From positions 62,001-126,000 of IMG/VR virus record IMGVR_UViG_3300042455_001086: a DNA stretch of 64,000 bases; one strand, 5' to 3'. Below are positions 19,238 to 27,488 of this stretch, one piece after another. Each line of letters opens with the position of its first letter. Within the stretch, counting starts at the first letter, position 1. The notes beneath the pieces were generated by a model, which worked only from the letters and a program-made list of their open reading frames with translations, ran no database searches and had not been told where the DNA came from. The position numbers and the translations under genes were made by a program.

Positions 19238-19981
19238 TCAAATTGTCAGTTTTAACTTATTAACATTAACTTGTGGATAAAAATAATTAATCTCAAGATT
19301 GATTGGTTCTTTCTCATCTCTCCATCTAATATAAAAGTCACTACCAGATCCAAGATCCATTAGTTCGTCATCAGTTCTTCCTTCAAACTTTGTGTACTGC
19401 ATTGATTGGGGAATAAGATTATAATACTTATTTAATAACTCATTTAACTTATCGTTAAAGTTGTTTTCATATTCATCCTTATAAAGATTATCAACATATC
19501 TTCTTAGATACATTCCTCGTTCTCTAAGTAAATCAAACATATGTTCTTTTAAATATTCTTCTAGTTTTTTCGGCGGTGTGGTCCCGGTAATTTTATAGAA
19601 CTTATTTAAATCAATATCCATATCAACAGAAAGATATGTTCCACCTGAATTGTCGGTTGGTCTTACATTCGAAAGGTAGGGATAATGTTTTTTAATCATC
19701 TTTGATAGAATATCAAATCCTTTTTGTTTTTCATTGATTGATTCATTCATTGGTTGGGCATTCTTTTCTTCAATATCCATTTCCCCAATGATCTTTGTAT
19801 TTTCATCCAATGAATCTTTCCACACATTATATTCTTCTTCACCATTAAACTCCATTAACTTTGATTCGTAGTAATCCCCCTGGTCGTCAGTTATGTGTAG
19901 GGCAATTCCCTTTGTTATTGGCTTATCTTCTTCCAATAATAATTTGGTTAATTGTTCTTCTGTTATAATATACTTTTTCAT
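19238..19981 (-). CDS. Leader-bearing two-module hypothetical protein
   Basis: MKKYIITEEQL; internal SINE junction. Confidence 0.7.
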   Translation of the reverse strand: MKKYIITEEQLTKLLLEEDKPITKGIALHITDDQGDYYESKLMEFNGEEEYNVWKDSLDENTKIIGEMDIEEKNAQPMNESINEKQKGFDILSKMIKKHYPYLSNVRPTDNSGGTYLSVDMDIDLNKFYKITGTTPPKKLEEYLKEHMFDLLRERGMYLRRYVDNLYKDEYENNFNDKLNELLNKYYNLIPQSMQYTKFEGRTDDELMDLGSGSDFYIRWRDEKEPINLEINYFYPQVNVNKLKLTI

Positions 19982-19983
19982 AA

Positions 19984-20463
19984 TTAATTTACATCAAACC
20001 AATCATCATATACCTCACCATCTCTATGGTCTTCATCGGTTATTTCCCAATCCCAGGGAGCAATCTCATTGTGTTGTCTTAGTTCCTCAAGATAGCTTGA
20101 ATTAAAATCATCGTCAAGATATGTATCAACTTGACCTGATCTTGTGTATTGTATTCGAACCTTTTCATCCGTTACAAAATCACAGTCCTTATACTCAAGG
20201 GTTGGTCTATTAAGTTCCTTATCTTCCACATAATAAAATGGATTATTTTTTAATAGATAATAAAGATATTCAACATCCAATCTTTCAAACTCCCAACCAA
20301 TTGGTGCTTGAAGTATTTTTTTTGTATTTGAGTTGTCATACCTTGAAAATAAATTAAAGAAGTCTTCCGGCTCACCCAGTTCTTCATCTTTTAATACTTT
20401 GTGAACAAACCCCAAATACTTCTTTAGTTGAGGTTCGCTAAATTTTTCAAATCTTGTTCCCAT
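19984..20463 (-). CDS. Acidic hypothetical protein
   Basis: 159-aa ORF; TATTTAT 5 nt upstream. Confidence 0.7.
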   Translation of the reverse strand: MGTRFEKFSEPQLKKYLGFVHKVLKDEELGEPEDFFNLFSRYDNSNTKKILQAPIGWEFERLDVEYLYYLLKNNPFYYVEDKELNRPTLEYKDCDFVTDEKVRIQYTRSGQVDTYLDDDFNSSYLEELRQHNEIAPWDWEITDEDHRDGEVYDDWFDVN

Positions 20464-20483
20464 ATAAAATAAATATCAAATAG

Positions 20484-20515
20484 TTTGGTTATGTCAATTA
20501 TTATTTGTAACTTTG
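20484..20515 (+). promoter_or_regulatory. Bacteroidota-type housekeeping promoter (-33 TTTG, 20-nt spacer, -7 TAACTTTG)
   Basis: Exact match to TTTG-N20-TAnnTTTG; no ATG follows. Confidence 0.7.
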
Positions 20516-20519
20516 TATT

Positions 20520-20682
20520 GTTGGTGGTTGATTCCGAAACGGGTCCGAGTTCTCTAGGTGGGGGTTCGTAGAGGGTGAACTCCATAACATCTTATAAAAA
20601 TATAAGACAATAAAAAAATCCCCCAATACAAACCCGTCTTGTAAAGGAAGATAAACCCCCACCCACTCGTTTGTGGTTTTTT
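20520..20682 (+). ncRNA. Candidate structured small RNA
   Basis: GC-rich three-way junction downstream of a consensus promoter; weak hairpin + T6 at 20663-20682. Confidence 0.4.
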
Positions 20683-20821
20683 ATGTCATTATTTGTGTTT
20701 GATCTTATCTTAATCTTTACAAGCCACCAGGACTTTGATTAACTAATTCCCAGCTCTGGGGAAAATAAGTTCATTATATAAATATATGATTGTTTTGAAA
20801 AAGTCAAATATTTTTTATTAT

Positions 20822-21100
20822 TTACTTTTCCAGCTGAGCCCTTGAATGAGCTTGAATAAGATATGATATTGTCTGTAAATCCTGGGGACCAGTTATTTCC
20901 CCCATCTTATACAAACACTCAATCACATCTTCCATATCTGTATGAGTTAAAATATGTATTCGCTGTTTTAATTTATTCCCGTGAAGTGTGGCCTCTTTGT
21001 AAATACAGTGTCCGGAATATAAACCATGACAATATGTCACACTTATGGTGTCCCCTGATTTACTGACCTGGGGATTGAAAATGTCTAATATTGATTCCAT
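20822..21100 (-). CDS. Hypothetical protein
   Basis: 92-aa ORF. Confidence 0.5.
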   Translation of the reverse strand: MESILDIFNPQVSKSGDTISVTYCHGLYSGHCIYKEATLHGNKLKQRIHILTHTDMEDVIECLYKMGEITGPQDLQTISYLIQAHSRAQLEK

Positions 21101-21221
21101 ATGTTAATAATTTGTTTATAAATATTTGTTAATTTATTTGGAAATGTCAAAATGTCAGGTTCGTGTTGGGGACTACACAATCCCCCAGTTAGGGTTTCCC
21201 CACTTTTTCCCACTCCATAGT

Positions 21222-21519
21222 TCCCACTTATTACCACAATAATTGTCGTTCTAAATATCATAACCCCAATTTTTTCCCCTTCCTAGTATCTGGAAGACCA
21301 CTTTTTTTACTATATCTATTTCCCCGCTAAAATGGTATAGTTATAGTTTAAAGGCCGTGGATAGACATTTATGTTGTTTGTAAATCACTTTATTGGTTAC
21401 TTAAAAACATATCTTCAACGACCCGTAAGGGGGTATTTCAACAATGACCACCTTAAATTTACACAACTAATAACACATAGTAAATGGTAATAATCACTAA
21501 TAAGTGGTAATAAGTGGGA
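21222..21519. repeat. 16-bp perfect inverted repeat (21222-21237 / 21504-21519)
   Basis: tcccacttattaccac / gtggtaataagtggga. Confidence 0.85.
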
Positions 21520-21874
21520 TTATGTTTTATATCAGTTAAGCAAGGTTAAACCTTGCAATCAAGATATAATTAGTAATCCCTTTCACTACCACATTCATTT
21601 TAGTCTGTAATCACCACACCAAAATATAATATACATACAACACTAAAATATAACTTTGGTACAAAGTTGTCTGGATAGTTGTACCATATCATTATACCAA
21701 ATGTGTTATTATATTTTGTGTACCATATTGGTCACTAATACTGGGGGGGACCCATTAAAATGGGGGAAAAAGATTAGAACATATGAGTGAATGAAAAAGG
21801 AGACCGGATGAGGTCTCCCTTTGTAATGAGTGAGTATGTTGTAATGTTTTTACCTATTTAATAATCTTTAGCTC

Positions 21875-21913
21875 TTACCTTAATATTCTTCTTATGGATT
21901 CTTGTAGGTTCAT
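21875..21913 (-). pseudogene. Empty leader cassette: MNLQESIRRILR*
   Basis: Leader DNA identical to neighbours, but GAA codon replaced by TAA. Confidence 0.7.
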
Positions 21914-21915
21914 AA

Positions 21916-22371
21916 TTAATCTCTATATATTCCCAATACTGGGATTTTAGTTAATCCTTTTCTAGTATAGGAGTGGAATCTGTGCCAACCATCTATAATT
22001 AGTTCTTCATCATCAAAATCAATTATGATTGGTAATACTGAATCTCCGTGGTCTGTTTGTTCATCTCCATACCATTTATGATAATTCTCAAAACTATCCC
22101 ATTCTAATCGTTCTGTAACCTCATCTTTTATTAACTTAATTGGGACAACTCCATAGTAAAACATTTTTCTTTTAAAAGAAGTTTGTAACTCGTCATCAAT
22201 TAAATCTTTAATCTCCATATCATTTGTAGTTCCTTCATTTCTAAATATCATTAATGATTTTTGATATGGATATGGTAATTTATAAAATGGTGATACATCT
22301 AAATAATGACTAATATCTTTTGATTCCAGTTCTTCCCTTAATATTCTTCTTATGGATTCTTGTAGGTTCAT
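21916..22371 (-). CDS. MNLQE leader + ParB/Srx-like domain
   Basis: LPIIID....IIDGWHRF. Confidence 0.7.
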   Translation of the reverse strand: MNLQESIRRILREELESKDISHYLDVSPFYKLPYPYQKSLMIFRNEGTTNDMEIKDLIDDELQTSFKRKMFYYGVVPIKLIKDEVTERLEWDSFENYHKWYGDEQTDHGDSVLPIIIDFDDEELIIDGWHRFHSYTRKGLTKIPVLGIYRD

Positions 22372-22691
22372 AATCTTTCTTTGTAGTGGTTGTATAATGA
22401 TTTAATTTTGTCATCAAACAAATCTGATACATCTGTTACAAAATCTATTTCTTCTTGTTGTGGTAGATCTTCCCAGCCCAATTCATACTCATTATACATA
22501 ATTGTTTCCACAGCTCTTAAAGTTAATTCATATTTGAATTGTCCGTAATTTTCCGTTTCATAATACACTTGTTCGGCATTACCTGGAAGTTTTCTTTTAA
22601 TATCGTCTAATTTAATTCTCCTGCGAAAGAATTTCGTTTCATTTAGTAATTCTTCCCTTAATATTCTTCTTATGTTTTCTTGTAGATTCAT
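22368..22691 (-). CDS. MNLQE leader + RR-family domain
   Basis: MNLQENIRRILREE; FFRRRI. Confidence 0.75.
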   Translation of the reverse strand: MNLQENIRRILREELLNETKFFRRRIKLDDIKRKLPGNAEQVYYETENYGQFKYELTLRAVETIMYNEYELGWEDLPQQEEIDFVTDVSDLFDDKIKSLYNHYKERL

Positions 22692-22694
22692 TTA

Positions 22695-22764
22695 TAATAA
22701 ATATATTGTAATCTTTTTATCTAATCTATAATCTTTAGTAATTCTCTTACTTCTGGGTGTGATA
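22695..22764 (-). repeat. 70-bp exact direct repeat, also at 23408-23477
   Basis: 3' end of gene 23434 plus TATTTAT element, duplicated. Confidence 0.9.
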
Positions 22765-22789
22765 TAATAATTTTCCATATGTTGGAATT

Positions 22790-23404
22790 TTAATCTAACA
22801 TTTGTGGTTTGTCAATTTCATCCATAGGTATTGTTGCCAAATATTCGTCTTCGAATCCTCTGGAAAGTTTTATCCCAATATTGTTATATGTTGGTTCATA
22901 ATTAGATTCTTCGTCTCTTAATTTTTGATTTAATTGATGTCTTAAAGTATCGGAACTTTTTTCACCAACAATCCCATCAATCTGATAGTTTGTTCTTAAT
23001 TTTGAATTAAACTCATCTATAATTTCCTGAATCTTTCTTTTAATTTTTGAGATTTCACTCTTCGTTACCGGCTCATCATTATATAATCTTATTATGTTAC
23101 CACCAATTCCATTAAAAATACCCCTTTCTTTTATGAACCTAGATAATGCCCCATTTAAGTTAATTTCACTAATTGGTGTAAATCTGTATTTAACCCCCAA
23201 TTCTTTTAGTCTACCGAAGTTTTCATACTCAATGTATGCGTATAGTGGTATAGTAATATATCGTAAGTCTGGTGATGAAAAATGACCATATTGTTTTATA
23301 ATTTTGGCGGCTTCAGATTTTCTAACATTAAGATTTTTATGGAAGTCCTCACCATTGGATAATTCTTCCCTTAATATTCTTCTTATGGATTCTTGTAGGT
23401 TCAT
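22790..23404 (-). CDS. MNLQE leader + unknown cargo
   Basis: MNLQESIRRILREE. Confidence 0.75.
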   Translation of the reverse strand: MNLQESIRRILREELSNGEDFHKNLNVRKSEAAKIIKQYGHFSSPDLRYITIPLYAYIEYENFGRLKELGVKYRFTPISEINLNGALSRFIKERGIFNGIGGNIIRLYNDEPVTKSEISKIKRKIQEIIDEFNSKLRTNYQIDGIVGEKSSDTLRHQLNQKLRDEESNYEPTYNNIGIKLSRGFEDEYLATIPMDEIDKPQMLD

Positions 23405-23433
23405 ATGTAATAAATATATTGTAATCTTTTTAT

Positions 23434-23943
23434 CTAATCTATAATCTTTAGTAATTCTCTTACTTCTGGGTGTGATAAGAATTTTTCTATATCATTTTTA
23501 ATTGTTCCGGTATTACAAAATTGATTGTTAAAGAAATGTTTTGGTATTTTATCATATTCATCGTGCCAAATATCTATTCTATAATCTTCTGGTAATTCAT
23601 TTAATTGTCTATCATACCAATCCTGGGCTCTTTCTTCTATTTCATCTTCTGTTGTGAATCCATTGGAGTCTAAATATAAATCGTCTATCTTTATGTAAGC
23701 GTGAATAAGATACGATTGTTCTACTTCTCCCTCGTCAAAATCATAAACCTCATCGGCCATTATTAAATAATATCTAATGTTTTTATTTGGGTATAGTTTT
23801 TTTAATCTACCAATAATATTATAAGCAAAATAATGACAATAACCGTGTTGGTAATCATATTTATTTCCGTGTTTATTTCCGGTGTTCCATTTTGATTCCA
23901 GTTCTTCCCTTAATATTCTTCTTATGGATTCTTGTAGGTTCAT
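23434..23943 (-). CDS. MNLQE leader + putative papain/transglutaminase-like domain
   Basis: GYCHYFA...IHAY...YLDSNG (C-H-D); start moved to 23943. Confidence 0.55.
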   Translation of the reverse strand: MNLQESIRRILREELESKWNTGNKHGNKYDYQHGYCHYFAYNIIGRLKKLYPNKNIRYYLIMADEVYDFDEGEVEQSYLIHAYIKIDDLYLDSNGFTTEDEIEERAQDWYDRQLNELPEDYRIDIWHDEYDKIPKHFFNNQFCNTGTIKNDIEKFLSHPEVRELLKIID

Positions 23944-23979
23944 ATGTAATAAATACCTTATATATACAAAAAACCCCAC
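23902..23979 (-). repeat. 78-bp terminator+promoter+leader unit, also at 26087-26164
   Basis: Three mismatches by manual alignment. Confidence 0.9.
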
Positions 23980-24002
23980 CTTTTGGGGTGGGAATTATCT
24001 GT

Positions 24003-24422
24003 TTAAATCGGTATAATCTCACATGGTTCTAATCTTATTTTCTTAACTTCACGATAGTTTGTGAGTGATTTTAATATATTAACCAAACTATCTGAAAGTT
24101 CTTTAAGGAATTTTTGATCTACAATATCATCTAATGTAATATAATCTATCTTATTTGTAAGTTCATAACCTCTATATTCTAACCATCTTTGTTTAACCCA
24201 GGTTTCATCTACATATATTTTACCATAGAATGAGATAATATCACTAATTTCAGAATATAAAACATCATATATTTCAATTTTTTTCCACCAGTCATATTTT
24301 TTAGTCATAGTTTTATTTAAAACCATTTCCATAGCCGAATAAGATAAACCGCTTTCTTCTTCCCTATTTATTTTGGCATACCACTCAGTTAATACTTTTC
24401 TTATGTTTTCTTGTAGGTTCAT
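24003..24422 (-). CDS. MNLQE leader + unknown cargo
   Basis: MNLQENIRKVLTE; start moved to 24422. Confidence 0.75.
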   Translation of the reverse strand: MNLQENIRKVLTEWYAKINREEESGLSYSAMEMVLNKTMTKKYDWWKKIEIYDVLYSEISDIISFYGKIYVDETWVKQRWLEYRGYELTNKIDYITLDDIVDQKFLKELSDSLVNILKSLTNYREVKKIRLEPCEIIPI

Positions 24423-24444
24423 ATTATTATAAATATGACCATAA

Positions 24445-24768
24445 TTAAATTCGGATATATCCAATTTTTGTTTTATATAATCTATATGTGTCTTTCATTT
24501 TGTCTTTATATCTATTTCTTATAAAATCACATAATTTTGAATGGATTATCTCCATTTCATCTATTTTATTAAAAAAAACATCCCAACTAGGCATTTTTAA
24601 ATGTTCTACCATAAAATAATTTGACATATCGTGTAATAATGCTTCTTTCCAACTACGATAATCATGTGATCTAACTAAATGTTGAGCACCATTAGAATTT
24701 AACCAGAAGTGGAAAACCTCATCAATAGTCTCAAGTCTTCTAATTATGAGTTTTTGGTATTTGTCCAT
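24445..24768 (-). CDS. RR-family protein lacking the N-terminal leader peptide
   Basis: LIIRRL; TACATTTG promoter 3 nt before ATG. Confidence 0.65.
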   Translation of the reverse strand: MDKYQKLIIRRLETIDEVFHFWLNSNGAQHLVRSHDYRSWKEALLHDMSNYFMVEHLKMPSWDVFFNKIDEMEIIHSKLCDFIRNRYKDKMKDTYRLYKTKIGYIRI

Positions 24769-24796
24769 AGACAAATGTAGTAATTAATTTTGAAAC

Positions 24797-25188
24797 CTAC
24801 CACTGTCTGTCTTTATCTGACATTGTATTGATAATATTATCTACTATTACATTAACTTTTGGGATAAATTTACGTAGATGCCATTGTAGTTCATAAACTA
24901 ATGGGTCTTCATCCACAAACCAATTGGAACTATATTCTATCTTGAGATATATGTTTAGAACATTTTTTTTTCAATATTTGTGATTCTAATTTTTGGTTCT
25001 AACTCAAGAAAATCGCAAACATCAAATGAAATGTGTTCATCATCTTCCGAATTCAGTTCTCTACAAGTTTTTAACATTAACTCTAATGTATCATCCAAAA
25101 GTTTCTGGAGTCTTTCTATTCTTCGACCGTGACCAGTTTTATTGATCTCTTCTTTTAATATTCTTTTTATGTTTTCTTGTAGGTTCAT
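24797..25188 (-). pseudogene. MNLQE-leader gene split at an A9 tract (needs +1 nt or -1 frameshift)
   Basis: Frame 0 stops at 24955; -1 frame continues NVLNIYLKIEY...DRQW* to 24797. Confidence 0.65.
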
Positions 25189-25189
25189 A

Positions 25190-26128
25190 TTAATCTCCAC
25201 ATTGTATATGATAATGTTCTCTTAACTTATCACCAAATTTATTTTTGACATATCTTTCTATAAATCTATACATTTGTCCCCATTCGTCTGAATCATCATC
25301 TAATTTGTCGGCAAAATAATCCCAATACATTCCATCTCCTGTCTTTTCGATTACAATCTCCACAAAGTTTTCAGGGGTCCTAACATTACATATACCATTA
25401 TATTGTCTTTCTATTTCTCTTACAGAAAAATCAACCAACCAATCAACCGTGTCTATTCTTCTTTTAATTAAATTAACCGGATTTGATATTTCTTCCTTTA
25501 ATATCCTTCTTATTGATTCTTGTAGGTTCATTAAGTCACCTATATCCATATTTTTTATATCATCCGGTAATTCATTAAACTCTTTATCCTGTTTAGCTTT
25601 TAACTCCTCAGCTTCTTTCTCTTTTTTTATTCGTTCTTTTTCTTCAGGTGTCAAATCAATTTTTGGTTGTTTTCCCGTTTTTAGATAAATCTCTTTAGCT
25701 TTGTCCGCTTCTTCGTTTGATCCAATTAATTTAATTGCTGAAGGTGGTATTGGTTCAGTTGTTACATAAAAATACCATTCTGGCTCTGTTTTCTCGTGAA
25801 TAGGATCTTTATACCAATTATTATCAAGTTTTGTTAAATCTATTTCCCAAATGTCATTCCCATAAACACCAAAAAAGTTACCATGTTTTGGGTCTTGTGC
25901 AAATATTAAAGGAACCGGTTCCAGATTTAATTCATTGTTTGTAATAAAATTCTTTGTTCTTTCCCCAATTTTTGGTAATAAACCTCTTTTTAGAATACTA
26001 TCTCGATTCTTAGATGATGAATAATGATGTAATATAGATGGTGGATCTATTTTTGTTAAAATACTTTTAAGGGAAATTTTTTCTATTTCTTCCCTTAATA
26101 TTCTTCTTATGGATTCTTGTAGGTTCAT
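25190..26128 (-). CDS. Fusion of two cassettes: leader + Tpt1/ART-like domain, then second leader + RR-family domain
   Basis: LHHYSSSKNRDSILKRGLLP...TEPIPPSAIKL; internal MNLQESIRRILKEE at 25531. Confidence 0.65.
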   Translation of the reverse strand: MNLQESIRRILREEIEKISLKSILTKIDPPSILHHYSSSKNRDSILKRGLLPKIGERTKNFITNNELNLEPVPLIFAQDPKHGNFFGVYGNDIWEIDLTKLDNNWYKDPIHEKTEPEWYFYVTTEPIPPSAIKLIGSNEEADKAKEIYLKTGKQPKIDLTPEEKERIKKEKEAEELKAKQDKEFNELPDDIKNMDIGDLMNLQESIRRILKEEISNPVNLIKRRIDTVDWLVDFSVREIERQYNGICNVRTPENFVEIVIEKTGDGMYWDYFADKLDDDSDEWGQMYRFIERYVKNKFGDKLREHYHIQCGD

Positions 26129-26185
26129 ATGTTATAAATAGTTTATATATACAAAAAACCCCACTTTTATGTGAGGTTAATAATT

Positions 26186-26473
26186 CTAAACCATATTATT
26201 GAAAAATTTCTCAAGTTCGTATCTATATTTACTTGATATGAATTTATATAGGTTATTAAAAATATTATGTGTTTCAGTTTCCCATAGGTTAAGTTCAAAA
26301 CTATATAAAATAACATTGTTTGTTGTTGTCACAACCACATGTCTTAACCAACGATCAAAATCAAGTTTCACAATTTTAATCAAATCTATCGTGATATTGT
26401 TATTTAAATGTTCATAAAAAATTTTATCAATGACTGCAACCCTTCTAATTAAGGCAAGTTCTAAATTATCCAT
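26186..26473 (-). CDS. RR-family protein lacking the N-terminal leader peptide
   Basis: ALIRRV; TATCTTTG 3 nt before ATG. Confidence 0.65.
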   Translation of the reverse strand: MDNLELALIRRVAVIDKIFYEHLNNNITIDLIKIVKLDFDRWLRHVVVTTTNNVILYSFELNLWETETHNIFNNLYKFISSKYRYELEKFFNNMV

Positions 26474-26533
26474 ATACAAAGATATAATTTAATTTTGGAT
26501 TGATCTATAATTGACTTCTGGTTCTGACCTATT

Positions 26534-26839
26534 TTAATTATTTTTTCCATTAATATTTTTCTTACCGAATATTAGTTTTAGAAAAAATCTTTCAATTTCA
26601 TATGGTTCTGAATATTTGTATATCTTATAACAAACATACACACCAAAACAAAGTCTTAGAACTGTTAGAATATTAAATGAAATAAAACCAATCGTTGTTA
26701 AAACAATATCTAAAACATCAATTAAAATAAAAATGGTAAATAAAATCTCGTGTTTAAGAATTTTACGATTCAACTCTTTGATTCTTTTTTGAGCCTCCTC
26801 TGATGTTAATTTTTCAAATTCATACAGATTCTCTAACAT
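26534..26839 (-). CDS. Membrane protein
   Basis: Two hydrophobic helices. Confidence 0.65.
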   Translation of the reverse strand: MLENLYEFEKLTSEEAQKRIKELNRKILKHEILFTIFILIDVLDIVLTTIGFISFNILTVLRLCFGVYVCYKIYKYSEPYEIERFFLKLIFGKKNINGKNN

Positions 26840-26972
26840 AGTTTTATTGTTTTCTATAGATCAATTTTATTAACTCACCATTACCATCAACAATGTCAAA
26901 AAACCATAATATTTTGATTTTTTTGTTATAATTAACTAATTGTAGAACTATTAAATGTGATAATCAACATTA

Positions 26973-27467
26973 CTACAACCCCTCATCTTCTTTTTCTGTG
27001 AAGTATTGATTAAACTTTTGCAACATTAAATAAAATTGAAATAACTTATCAATTCTATCAAACTTATTTGACAACCAAGCTTCACCATTTCTATATTCTT
27101 CATTTCTGTCGTCAAAAACAATTGTTCTACCAATACCATCACCAAACAAACGATATAAGGCAAATGCGTTATTTTCCAACCTTCTTTTTAATTCGTCGTT
27201 TCTAATTACTATATAACCCAAAACACCAAGTTTGATGTGATCAATAAACTCTTTATCACAATCTCTTTTTGTTGTACACCACTTTGTTCCAGAACCATAT
27301 TTTTTTGATGCTTCGTGTGTTAATGGAATTGTCAATATAAAATCATCGTCTTTGTATAGCTCAATATATTCATCTTTGGAGACTTTAAATCTCTCATGCA
27401 ATATCGATGAAGAGATGTGATCACTTAAAAGTCTATTATATTGTGATTCTGTAAGAATGATTCGCAT
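26973..27467 (-). CDS. Leader + PcfJ-like (ASxxYGxGTxWC) domain
   Basis: MRIILTESQY; PLTHEASKKYGSGTKWCTT. Confidence 0.5.
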   Translation of the reverse strand: MRIILTESQYNRLLSDHISSSILHERFKVSKDEYIELYKDDDFILTIPLTHEASKKYGSGTKWCTTKRDCDKEFIDHIKLGVLGYIVIRNDELKRRLENNAFALYRLFGDGIGRTIVFDDRNEEYRNGEAWLSNKFDRIDKLFQFYLMLQKFNQYFTEKEDEGL

Positions 27468-27488
27468 AACTATAAATATGCTTTTATA

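Noticed and set aside
18929-19280. ORFs 18929, 19050 and similar as real genes
   Set aside because: They translate homopolymer-rich DNA (F/K/G runs) in the origin-like region and have no credible protein features.
20520-20590. tRNA or hammerhead ribozyme
   Set aside because: Lacks D/T-loop consensus, CCA and the CUGAnGA/GAAA core; kept only as an unclassified ncRNA candidate.
21875-26164. Leader repeats as a CRISPR array
   Set aside because: Repeats encode peptide N-termini, the intervals are 300-900-bp genes rather than 30-40-bp spacers, and no cas genes are present.
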